The notes under the pieces were generated by a model, which worked only from the letters and a program-made list of their open reading frames with translations, was not told where the DNA came from and did not search any database. Shown piece by piece: positions 1 through 10,264 of a stretch of DNA of 64,000 nucleotides. A program made the translations under genes and the position numbers. The stretch comes from Octopus sinensis (lineage: Eukaryota): the NCBI RefSeq assembly GCF_006345805.1, contig NC_043010.1, positions 15,624,001 to 15,688,000 on the forward strand. The letters run 5' to 3'. Position 1 is the stretch's first letter, and every line of letters starts with the position of its first letter.

Positions 1-14
1 ATATATTTTATATA

Positions 15-290
15 TATATAAAATACGAAAATGGGACAAGAACGCAAAACATCCAGACAGACGATACAAAGAAAACAAGGACGAGTCATTCGGAATTTTC
101 TATCCTCAGTCGTGTTCCAGATCGTCTTTGCAATTTCGGCTGGTTATACTCGAGATTGCTCCAATCTGGCCAGCCCAAAGGAAAAATAAGCTAAGAGCAT
201 TACATTCCTTGGAAGAAAGCAGCGAATGCATACGAAAACAAGGACGGAAGAAAAACGGAGAATGTTACACAAATACAATGAAAATAACAG
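15..290. repeat. Interspersed repeat, probably PLE-derived; related copy at ~53870-54100
   Basis: Colinear similarity between the two loci (caatttcggctg...gagattgctccaatc.ggccagccc...gctaag.gcatta.attccttggaagaaagc). Confidence 0.6.
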
Positions 291-297
291 GACATAA

Positions 298-390
298 CAA
301 CCAGTGTCTTTCGACACAACAGGTCTCTTTCGACACAACCGGTGTCTTTCGACACAACCGGTGTCTTTCGACACAACCGGTGTCTTTCGA
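298..390. repeat. 19-bp minisatellite, ~5 copies of CAACCGGTGTCTTTCGACA
   Basis: Directly visible tandem units with no spacers. Confidence 0.9.
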
Positions 391-589
391 TGTAGGAGAT
401 AATCAGAACAACTATAGTTCACTTTAACATTATTTCTGTTGAGGATATTGAAATACTTATGATGTAAAAAAAAACAAAAAAAACTATGAGGTAATGTTTG
501 AAATGCTATTAGAGCAAAATGGTAGGTTAAACTATATTTTATTCTCCATTGTTTTTTGTTTTTTCTTATTTAATCTTTTATCATTGAAT

Positions 590-810
590 TGTTTCATTCA
601 TCTGACTGCGGCCATGCTGGGGCACCACCTTGAAGGGTTTTAGTCGAACAAATCGAACCCAGGACTTATTTTGGTAAAACCTGGCACTTATTCTACCGGT
701 CTCCTTTTGCCGAACAGCTAAGTTACGGGGAAGTAAGTACACCAACATCGGCTGTCTAGCGGAGGCGGGAAACAAACACAGGCATAAAGACTCACCACAC
801 GTGAATACAT

Positions 811-845
<35 letters not shown>

Positions 846-1000
846 CGACGGGCTTCTTTCAGTTTCCCTCTACCATATCCACTCACAAGGCTTTGGTCGG
901 CCCGCGGCTATACTAAAAGATACTTGCCCAAGATGCTCCGCAGTAGCACTGAACCCGGAACCCTGTGGTTGGGAAGCAAGCTTCTTACCACACAGCGAGC
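590..1000 (-). mobile_element. tRNA-derived CORE-like octopus SINE
   Basis: Reverse complement of the family consensus (GCTGTGTGGTAAG...CACCTTGGGCAAGTGTCTTCTACTATAGCC...GAAAGAAGCCCGTCG, microsatellite, ...CCAGCATGGCCGCAGTC). Confidence 0.85.
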
Positions 1001-1323
1001 ATTTTTCACTGAATCTACATCCTTGGTTTGCGCTATGCAAACATTTCCCACTGTAGTATACACTTCGTGGTAAGATATGCATAACATCCGTTTACCATTG
1101 TTGCTAGGAAGGCTTTTTCAAAATACCAGGAAAGAGTTGAGAAGTGGTATTAATTGGGGGTATTTACGAATAAATATACTCGTGTATCTGTTCTTTTACT
1201 TCCTGATACATCCAATCTGTTTAACTCGCCTTCCAATGCTGCTACACTACTCGCTTAACATTATTACTCTCGCCACAGTGCTTCAACACACACACATACA
1301 CGCACGCACGCATATATATATAT

Positions 1324-1364
<41 letters not shown>

Positions 1365-1510
1365 ATCCAAACAAAAAACACAAAAAAACAAAAAAAAACA
1401 CAGCAACGCGAGGACGTGGAACAAATAAAGTATTATTGGACGCTCAGGAGAGAAGGGAATATATATATATATATATTTAAAAAAAGGAGATGTCGAACAC
1501 GAGTAGTGAT

Positions 1511-1620
1511 ATATAAAAAAGGAAATGAAGAAAATGCTGACAAATAATTGAAGTAATTAAGTAATTACTTAAATTACTTCAATTATTTGTCAGCATTTTC
1601 TTCATTTCCTTTTTTTTATA
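1511..1620. repeat. Near-perfect AT-rich palindrome (foldback)
   Basis: aaaaaaggaaatgaagaaaatgctgacaaataattgaagtaatt is mirrored by its reverse complement. Confidence 0.9.
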
Positions 1621-1626
1621 TATATA

Positions 1627-1686
<60 letters not shown>

Positions 1687-1710
1687 TTTATTTAAAAGTA
1701 GCAGAAATTC

Positions 1711-1765
1711 AACAAAAGCTGTTACTCTCGGAGTTTCATGTTCCCGTTCGTCGGACAGTTTTGTT
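1711..1765 (-). ncRNA. Degenerate hammerhead, inverted copy of 1786-1838
   Basis: Same layout with a 2-nt insertion in stem III and a stem II mismatch. Confidence 0.55.
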
Positions 1766-1785
1766 AGCAGTAGCGGTATTTATTT

Positions 1786-1838
1786 AACAAAACTGTCCGA
1801 CGAACGGGAACGTGAAACTCCGAGTAACAGCTTTTGTT
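1786..1838 (+). ncRNA. Minimal type I hammerhead ribozyme (U4C core variant)
   Basis: Stem I AACAAAA-CTGT/ACAG-C-TTTTGTT; core CCGACGA; stem II ACG-GGAA-CGT; GAAA; short stem III C-TCCGA-G; GUA cleavage triplet at 1824-1826. Confidence 0.75.
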
Positions 1839-1934
1839 GAATTTCTGCTGCTTTTAAATATAGCATATTACTCTACCTCTGGTATTTGAGTACTCTTTTT
1901 TCCACCTTGTTTCACATTTATGTGTTTACTCCGG

Positions 1935-1987
<53 letters not shown>

Positions 1988-2393
1988 CTGCAGAGGATAT
2001 GCCAATATGGGCACAGCTTTAGGGCTTAAACATGTAAAAGGATAAAATATATTCTGTTTTAGAATCTCGGTGGAATTTGAACTCAGAAGGTAGCGACGGG
2101 AAAAAAATACTGATAAGTATTTCGCCAGTATAAGTATAACGCTTCTGCCAGCTCATCTCATAATAATAATTATAATCATCATCATCATCATCATAAAAGG
2201 AAAGAAACAAAAAAATTATTTCACGCTCTCTCGAAACACGCACACACACACATATATGCATACAAAAATACATGCATAATACATATATGTATATATATGT
2301 ATATATATACACGCATATGCATACATATATACATACACACACACATACATATATATATACATATACAAGCACACACACAGACACATATATATA

Positions 2394-3587
2394 TATAGGG
2401 AGCGTAAGGTATTTGAGGGCATACATTATTGGGGTCATTGCTGCATTTTTTGCTAACTCTGTATAATCTTTGTTTCAGGAAATAATAATGGCAGACCCTC
2501 AGCTTACTCAAGAAATGAAGAGCTGAGCATAGCGATTTAGAAAAATCTCGATTTTTGAAAGTTGTCTGATCTTTCGTCTACAAAGTTGTTAAGGAGCTAG
2601 AGACTGAAGATGGAAACGTTTCACTAGTATCAAAGCATTAAAAGCATTCTAACACTCTAAAATAATCAGAACACCTGAATTTATAAAGTTCTACAGACCA
2701 CTGATTATCATCCCAGAAAGTCCATGAGGCCTATTGCAAAAGATCTCCATGTGTCAGAAGGAACAGTCAGAAATGTTGTCCACGAAGGCATCAGTCTTAT
2801 ATGATGAGGAAAGGTCAATTTGTCAGAAAAGCAAAAGAAGATCACATCAGACCGAAAAGGCTCTTAAACAAACTGTAAAATTCAATAAAAGATTTGATTT
2901 GGTGTTTCTCAAATGAGAAAAACTTCGACCAAGATCAAAAACTTAACAGAAGAAATGACAGATGGTTATGTGCAGACCCTTCTGAAGTTCTAAGGGATAT
3001 GCATGCAAAATTTCCTGCAACTGTCAATGGTTTTAGGGGTTGTCAGCAATGAAGGACATGTGATGCCTCCTTACTTCTTTCCACAGGGCCTTAGAGTTAA
3101 CTCTGCCGCCTACATTGAAGTCCTGGAAATAACTGTTAAGCCCTGGATAGACAGTGTATGCAATGGAAGGCCATATGTGTTTCAGTAAAACTCTGCACTA
3201 TCACACATGGCTCTAGCAACACAGGAATGGATGGCTGAAAATTTTCAAGATTACATAATTCCTAATATTTGGCCTCCTAATTCACCAGATCTCAATCCGT
3301 TGGACTATTACATGTAGAGGATTGTTGAGGGAGAGGTCAATGAACACGCTCATAACACCAAAGATTCTTTGAAAGCTAGCATAGTCAGAGTAATGTCCAA
3401 AATGAACCAGGACCACCTGATTCGAGCATGTAGATGATTTAGATCTCATATAAAAGCAGTAGTTAAAGCTGAAGGTGGCTTTATTGAATAACATTATAGA
3501 AAAAAAGTTAAGTTATTAATTGTTATTTTATATCTGTTTCTTTTTAATAAACATAAATCTGTCCTAAAATATCTTATGCACCTTGTA
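2394..3587 (+). mobile_element. Tc1/mariner DD37D (maT-type) transposon, defective
   Basis: Translates across stops and frameshifts to ...VLGVVSNEGHVMPPYFFPQGLRVNSAAY...FQ*NSALSH...WPPNSPDLNPLDY, with 37 residues between the second (mutated, N) and third catalytic positions; right TIR near 3555-3587, degenerate left TIR. Confidence 0.9.
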
Positions 3588-3689
3588 TGTATGTATGTAT
3601 GTATGTATGTATGTATGTATGTATGTATGTATGTATGTATGTATGTATGTATGTATGTGTGTGTGTGTATGTATGTATGTATGTATGTC

Positions 3690-3913
3690 CGATTATGCAT
3701 GATACAGCCTTAAGATATTTATTGGATGGCCGTTGACTCTCAAGAGTTCCTCCGCCCTTTGACGGGTTTTGTTTTTCATCCCGCAGGGTGTCCAATACAA
3801 CCCTCCTCACCAAGCAAGCTTGGTGGGGTTGCCGGTTTAGTCGCCGACGACCCGACCATGCAATATGTTGTACTGGTTTACTGTTACCAGTAGCACTCGG
3901 AAGTGACCTGACA
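3690..3913 (+). mobile_element. Retroposon-derived structured segment followed by (TATG)n; partial relative near 11150-11187
   Basis: Hairpin CAACCC..CACCAAGC-AA-GCTTGGTG-GGGTTG; TTTAGTCGCCGA.GA.CCGACC shared with 11165-11187; family uncertain. Confidence 0.4.
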
Positions 3914-4028
3914 CATGTATGTATGTATGTATGTATGCATGTATGTATGTATGTATGTATGTATGCATGTATGTATGTATGTATGTACGTATGTATGTAT
4001 GTATGTATGTATGTATGTATGTATGTAT

Positions 4029-4280
4029 GATTCTAATCATATCTGTCGGGCATGTGGAAGAGAGTGTAATTCGGCAGGAGGACTTAAACGACATGCAAAG
4101 GTACATGAAGCCCAGTTACAACTACAACCGGCTATTACCAGTAAAGGTTTTAGTTGCCAATTTTGTACAAGACATTGTAGATCTTTAGCTGGGCTAAAAA
4201 GTCACATTCGATCACATCACTAGTAACAGTTAAGCTTCGTGCAATGGCCATACTCGATAACGAAAGGGCAGCCATAATGT
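4029..4280 (+). mobile_element. 3' end of an RTE-type LINE encoding two C2H2 zinc fingers, with (TATG)n tail
   Basis: HICRACGRECNSAGGLKRHAKVH and FSCQFCTRHCRSLAGLKSHIRSH, stop at 4221-4223, short 3'UTR, then microsatellite tail; no TGEKP linker. Confidence 0.65.
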
Positions 4281-5336
4281 ATGTATGTGTGTATGTATGT
4301 ATGTATGTATGTATGTATGTATTGTATGTATGTATGTATGTATGTATGTATGTATGCATGTATGCATGTATGCATGCATGTATGTATGTATGTATGTATG
4401 TACATACGTATGTGTATACATATACTACCATCAAAAGGAGACAGCAGTTTGATATTTTAACCTACGTGTTCTCTCCTAGGGCTGATCAGGCAAATATACC
4501 GGGTCTATTGATGTGAATCTACCAAATGGCGTCGCCTTTCGGTCGACTTTCACATCATGAATTCCAACTTTATATTATCTCTCACGTTTCTATTACCATT
4601 GTATTATGTCCGAGGGGCAGGAGCCCGAAATATTTATGTCACCTACTTAATATTTTTAAAAACAAATGATAAATAAATACATAAACAAGTTTGCTTTGTC
4701 AATGACTTCTCATTCACATGTATTTTTCATTCACACAATGGTTCGTAGGTGCGTTTTCTGAAACCGAAACAAAACTACAAGCCCAATGCTCTGTCGCGAC
4801 GCCAAGAGAAAATAACTGTTTGATTTCACAAGCCTTCGTAAGAGTAGAAACAGGCAGAAACGTAACAGTATATACATACATACATACATGCATACATACA
4901 TATATACATACATGTATACATACATGTATACATACATACATGCATACATACAAACATACATACATACCTATATATTTAAGTAGTTGAATGAATTATCTTA
5001 GTATGGATAATTCGGTTAACCGATACCTGGGTAGCAAATTCACGTCAGATTAAAAAAATACATAACTATATACATACATGCATACATATATACATACATG
5101 CATACATATATACACACTCATACATACATAATACATACATGGAAACATACATACACATACATACATTCATACATGTATACTTATATACACACATACATGC
5201 ATGCATATGTGCATATATACATGCATATTTACATACATGCACACATACATATATTCATACTTACATTCATACAGACAGACAGACATTATTACATGCGTGT
5301 ATATATATATATATATATATATTCATACATGTATGT

Positions 5337-5600
5337 GAAGGTGCGTGGCCTAGCGGTTAGGTTGTCGCATTCATGATCGCTAGATCGTGAGTTCGATTCC
5401 CTGACTGGGCGGCGCATTGTGTCTTCTTACGCAAAACACTTCATTTCACATTGTTCCATCCCCCCTTTTGATGAGGGGCGAATATTGGCCAACTCGCCAA
5501 GCCAGCAGGGAGGGGGGCGTCGTTTGAAGGCTAAAACAATGTAAAAATGCATTGTGACCTGCGATGTGTAACATCTGATAGCATGGTCGGTCACGTGATA
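5337..5600 (+). mobile_element. Degenerate tRNA-Arg-headed SINE (GTCACGTGAT-tail type)
   Basis: A-box TGGCCTAGCGG, B-box GAGTTCGATTCC, 3' TCGTTTGAAGGCTAAAACAATG...GGTCGGTCACGTGAT. Confidence 0.75.
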
Positions 5601-5696
5601 TACATACACACATGTATATATACATGCATACATACATGCATACATACATATACACATGCATTCATACATACATACATACATGCATGCATGTATGTA

Positions 5697-5924
5697 TGCC
5701 AACATAACATGGCAGTCGTGGTTTAGGACTAATGTTGCTGTAATTTAGCCCTAGGAGACACAGTCTCCAGCTGGCTATACGACATGATCTGTGTCCTTAT
5801 ATTTTCGAACAAAGGAATCTATAAGGACACAGATCATGTCGTATAGCCAGCTGGAGACGGTGTCTCCTGGGACTAAATTACAGCAACATTCGTCCTAAAC
5901 CAGGACTACCATGTTTTGTTGGCA
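5697..5924. repeat. Foldback element (105-bp arms, 18-nt loop), probably PLE-terminal
   Basis: Arms 5697-5801 and 5820-5924 are reverse complements; related sequence at ~47615-47690 lies downstream of a hammerhead. Confidence 0.85.
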
Positions 5925-6027
5925 AACAATCTTTACTACAAAGTACTGTTCCTGAATATCTCACGTTGTGAGATTAAAAAATAGTAATTTATTATTGTTG
6001 TTGCTACTTGTCGCAGTAAAAATTGTA

Positions 6028-6443
6028 AGATCTTTTCGTTTTGAACGGCAGTTTTTAACAATTTCTAGGTAACTAAAAAATTTTAAACTTCGTTTACTGG
6101 TAGAATGTGTTTATAAAACATCTTTTTCTCTTGGCTTTATTGAGAAAATTCGATAGTTTGCAAGATATTTGTTGTTTTTTTTCTTCAATTTCTGCAATTT
6201 CAACCAATCACTGCCGTCCATTGAGGTAAAAAAAACATTCTGTGCCGTATGAATATGTCCCTCGTTTAAGAAACAGATTGGGTTTATTTACATTGGTGAA
6301 GAAAAAAAGATACCCTTACCCCCTAACCCTAACCCTAACCCTAAAACATTGAAATGCAATAGATCGATACTAGGGTTATAATTATAGGTGACAATTTCAT
6401 ATGACACCGCTAGAAAAAACTGCCGTTCAAACGGAAAAGATCC
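6028..6443. mobile_element. Non-autonomous DNA transposon (Merlin-like MITE) with internal (CCCTAA)n
   Basis: ~28-bp TIRs (GATCTTTTCGTTTTGAACGGCAGTTTTT / AAAAAACTGCCGTTCAAACGGAAAAGATCC); 8-bp TSD aaattgta/aaaatgta. Confidence 0.8.
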
Positions 6444-6956
6444 AAAATGTATTGCCTGCTGATGACGGTCTACCTGTTTAGACTGAAACCAGTGTGTGAT
6501 GTATATTTAGATTATTCTACCTTCTCGCTAAAGCCTAATCTTTGTGTAACAGCCAAAAACTTATTTTCCTTCCTGTCACAAATAACATAAGATATAATAT
6601 CCATAAACGGAACTGCAGACTCTTTCCATATAATATAGTCAGGAACAGCTGAAGGCAAAAAGTTTGTTTTGCAACCAGATAGTTTCAGGTTCAGTTCCAC
6701 TGCTCAGCACGTTGGCCTACAACGCCGTGCAGACTAATCAATGCCTTGTATGCGGATTTAGCAGAAGAAAAGTAGATGAAAACCTTTGTGTGTGTGTGTG
6801 TGTGTGTGTTTGTGTACACAGGCACACACATAGACAGACACACACATATATATGTGTGTACATGTATATGTGTGTACATGTATATGTGCGTGTGCATATA
6901 TATATATATGTGTGTGTGTACACACACACTCAGACACACACACGCACACACATATA

Positions 6957-7112
6957 TAGGAGTAGCTGTGTGGTAAGTAGCTTGCTTACGAACCACATGG
7001 TTCTGGGTTCAGTCCCACTGCGTTTCATCTTGGGCAAGTGTCTTCTACTATAGTCTCGGGCCGACCAAAGCCTTGTGAGTGGATTTGGTAGACGGAAACT
7101 GAAAGAAGCCCG

Positions 7113-7153
<41 letters not shown>

Positions 7154-7445
7154 AGTGTATGCGTGTGTCTAAACGTTCATGTGTCTATGTTTGTCCCCCC
7201 AACATCGCTTAACAACCGATGCTGGTGTGTTTGTCTCCGTAACTTAGCGGTTCGGCAAAAGAGACCGATAGAATAAGTACTGGGCTTACAAAGAATAAGT
7301 CCCCGGGGTCGATTTGCTTGACTAAAGGCGGTGCTCCAGCATGTCCGCAGTCAAATGACTGAAAGAAGTAAAAGAGAGAAAAGAGAGTAAGATGGACCCC
7401 CACCATGGTCGCAGTCCAATGACTGAAGCAAGTAAAAGATAAAAG
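6957..7445 (+). mobile_element. CORE-like SINE
   Basis: Full head, CORE-like CTTGGGCAAGTGTCTT, internal (TA)n(TG)n, 3' tail. Confidence 0.9.
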
Positions 7446-7799
7446 ACGAAAGATAAAGAAAGGATTTTAAACTTTATTTAAAACCAATTCTTGACACTCA
7501 GCATTGTCTTTACATTAAATATTAATTAGATACATCTATCCTCGAAGAGCGTCTACTAGATTAAAACGAGCAAGTTGGATTTGTTGGCATCGAAGTCAAA
7601 GGTTTACTAACAGGGCAGCAATTATACATCAACTGAGGAAATGGAACTGGATCCCACAGCTGGATCCCATTGTACAGGTAAACCATTGCTTACTTTAAAT
7701 CCTGTGTATATGCGGATCTACGCTGTATCGAAACGTGTGTAGTGTTTATTAAATAGTTGTCCAACCGTATTCCTTCTTGCTGATTTTATTTTATTTTAT

Positions 7800-7830
7800 T
7801 CAGTTATATTTATATGTATGTGTATGTATG

Positions 7831-7865
<35 letters not shown>

Positions 7866-8051
7866 GTATGTATGTATGTAAGTATACTCTTTTTTTCTTC
7901 TCTTTACTCTTTTTACTCTTTTGTATGTATGTATGTATGTATGTATGTACGTATGTATGTAAGTATGTATGTATGTAAGTATGTATGTATGCATGAAAGT
8001 ATGTATGTATGTATGTATGAATGTATGTATGTATGTATGTATGTAAGTATG

Positions 8052-8082
<31 letters not shown>

Positions 8083-8346
8083 GTATGTATGTATGCATGA
8101 ATGTATGTATGTATGTATGTATGTATGTATGTATGTATGTATGAGTGTGTCTATGTATGTATGTATGTAAGTATTATGTATGTATGTATGAATGTATGTA
8201 TGTATGTATGTATGAGTGTGTCTATGTATGTAAGTATGTATGTATGTATGTATGTAAGTATGTATGTATGCATGAATGTATGTATGTATGTATGTATGTA
8301 TGTATGTATGAGTGTGTCTATGTATGTATGTATGTATGTATGTATG

Positions 8347-8377
<31 letters not shown>

Positions 8378-8490
8378 GTATGTATGTATGCATGAATGTA
8401 TGTATGTATGTATGTATGTATGATTGTGTCTATGTATGTATGTATGTATGTATGTATGTATGTATGTATGTATGTATGTATGTATGTATG
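7800..8490. repeat. Long (TATG)n microsatellite complex
   Basis: Direct inspection. Confidence 0.95.
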
Positions 8491-8580
8491 GTGTTCAAAT
8501 TTACAGAAAACAAAAAAACGAAGACAAGTGAGAGAACAGCAAGGCGTATTAGTTTGACGCTCGGGAAGGGCGGAAAAAGG

Positions 8581-8616
8581 CTTCGACGTTTCGAGCCTAA
8601 GCTCTTCGACAGAAAA
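8581..8616 (-). ncRNA. Minimal hammerhead, unit 1 (core CTGTCGA, A6 altered)
   Basis: Minus strand TTTT-CTGTCGA-A-GAGC-TTAG-GCTC-GAAAC-GTC-GAAG. Confidence 0.5.
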
Positions 8617-8769
8617 GATTGAAAGGGGGCGGAGAATGGAGAGAATATGAAAAAAAAAGAAAGAAAAAAACGGAGAGAGAACGACAAAAAAGAAACAGAG
8701 AGAGAAGACTGTTCAATATCATGCACACACACACTCATACACTTATATAAAGGAAGCTAACTTTACTAG

Positions 8770-9078
8770 TGATCACGTGATCACGTGACCGACCAGACCA
8801 TCAGATGTTGTTACACATCGCTGGTCACAATGCGTTCGCATTGTTTTAGCCTCCGAATGACGCCACCCCGCTGGCTAAGCGAGCAGGCCAACAGAAGAAA
8901 GAGTGGGAGAAAGAGTGGTGAAAGAGTACAGCAGGGATCACCACCCTCTGCCGGAGCCTCGTGGAGCTTTTAGGTGTTTTCGCTCAATAAACACTCACAA
9001 CGCCCGGTCTGGGAATCGAAACAGCGATCCTGCGACCGCGAGTCCGCTGCCCTAACCACTGGGCCATTGCACCTCCAC
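8770..9078 (-). mobile_element. tRNA-Arg-headed SINE (GTCACGTGATCACGTG tail)
   Basis: Head GGAGGTGCAATGGCCCAGTGGTTAGGGCAGCGGACTCGCGGTCG..TTCGATTCCCAGACCGGGC on the minus strand. Confidence 0.9.
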
Positions 9079-9182
9079 ATGTATGTATATATAGTGTTCA
9101 AATTTACAGAAAACAAAAAATGAGGACAAGTGAGGGAACAGCAAGGTGTATTAGTTTGACGCTCGGGAAGGGCGGAAAATAG

Positions 9183-9218
9183 CTTCGACGTTTCGAGCCT
9201 AAGCTCTTCGTCAGAAAG
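9183..9218 (-). ncRNA. Minimal type I hammerhead, unit 2
   Basis: Minus strand CTTT-CTGACGA-A-GAGC-TTAG-GCTC-GAAAC-GTC-GAAG; loop-less palindromic stem III ACGT. Confidence 0.68.
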
Positions 9219-9369
9219 GATTGAAAGTGGGAGGAGAATGGAGAGAATATGAAAAAAAAAAAAAAAAAAACGGAGAGAGAACGACAAAAAAGAAACAGAG
9301 AGAGAAAAATGTTCAATATCATGCTCACACACACTCATACACTTATATAAAGGAAGCTAACTTTACTAG

Positions 9370-9676
9370 TGATCACGTGATCACGTGACCGACCAGACCA
9401 TCAGATGTTGTTACACATCGCCGGTCACAATGCGTTCGCATTGTTTTAGCCTTCGAATGACGCCCACCCCGCTGCGAGGAGCAGGCCAACAGAAGAAAGA
9501 GTGGGAGAAAGAATGGTGAAAGAGTACAGCAGGGATCACCACCCCCTGCCGGAGCCTCGTGGAGCTTTTAGGTGTTTTTGCTCAATAAACACTCACAACG
9601 CCCGGTCTGGGAATCGAAACCGCGATCCTACGACCGCGAGTCCGCTGCCTTAACCACTGGGCCATTGCGCCTCCAC
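9370..9676 (-). mobile_element. tRNA-Arg-headed SINE (second tandem copy)
   Basis: As above. Confidence 0.9.
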
Positions 9677-9781
9677 ATGTATGTATATATAGTGTTCAAA
9701 TTTACAGAAAACAAAAAAACGAAGACAAGTGAGAGAACAGCAAGGTGTATTAGTTTGACGCTCGGGAAGGGCGGAAAAAGG

Positions 9782-9817
9782 CTTCGACGTTTCGAGCCTA
9801 AGCTCCTCGTCAGAAAG
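9782..9817 (-). ncRNA. Minimal type I hammerhead, unit 3
   Basis: Minus strand CTTT-CTGACGA-G-GAGC-TTAG-GCTC-GAAAC-GTC-GAAG. Confidence 0.68.
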
Positions 9818-10207
9818 GATTGAAAGAGGGAGGAGAATGGAGAGAATATAAAAAAAAAAATGAAAAAAACGAAGAGAGAACGACAAAAAAGAAACAGAGA
9901 GAGAAGACTGTTCAATATCATGCACACACACACTCATACACTTATATAAAGGAAGCTAACTTTACTAGTATTATTACAAAAGGAAATAAATATTTTCGAC
10001 ATACCGCGTGAAAGATACGACACTGCGTTACAGTAAGAAGTTAATCATCATTCAGAAAGCAACCATAAATTTGTTCGTCGCCTTTATAAGTCTATAATTA
10101 GCTTTTGGCTGCCGTTAAGAAATGGTAGCTGACTACGTAGTTGTTTAGTTCTACTGAATATCAGAGACTGATTTCATTTTAACCAAGTAGAACATTACCT
10201 GCAAGAA

Positions 10208-10264
<57 letters not shown>

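Larger units (their letters stand above)
1689..1860. repeat. Inverted repeat (~77-bp arms, 18-nt loop), PLE-terminal type, with a hammerhead motif in each arm
   Basis: Arms 1689-1766 and 1785-1860 are reverse complements with a few mismatches. Confidence 0.9.
8491..9969 (-). repeat. Tandem array, ~2.5 copies of a ~600-bp unit (PLE-derived hammerhead segment + tRNA-Arg SINE)
   Basis: Unit starts gtgttcaaatttacagaaaac at 8491, 9094 and 9692 (periods 603 and 598). Confidence 0.92.

Noticed and set aside
120-180. Hammerhead-like GAAA with stems GGCTGG/CCAGCC and GCAAT/ATTGC on the minus strand (also ~53980-54030)
   Set aside because: No CUGANGA-like core in either copy.
298-390. CRISPR-like array of hairpin repeats
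   Set aside because: No spacers, eukaryotic context, no cas genes; it is a minisatellite.
4600-4645. GGGC-AGGA-GCCC-GAAA hammerhead-like stem II
   Set aside because: Core unrecognisable and no stem I.
5710-5760. Pistol or HDV-like ribozyme in the foldback arm
   Set aside because: Superficial motif resemblance only; the required P1 and pseudoknot pairings could not be built.
6321-6343. Chromosome end or telomere
   Set aside because: Only three CCCTAA units, internal to a TIR element.
6462-6500. CTGATGA-C-GGTCTA..TAGACT-GAAAC hammerhead candidate
   Set aside because: Core and stem II are present, but there is no valid NUH site or stem I; at best a dead relic.
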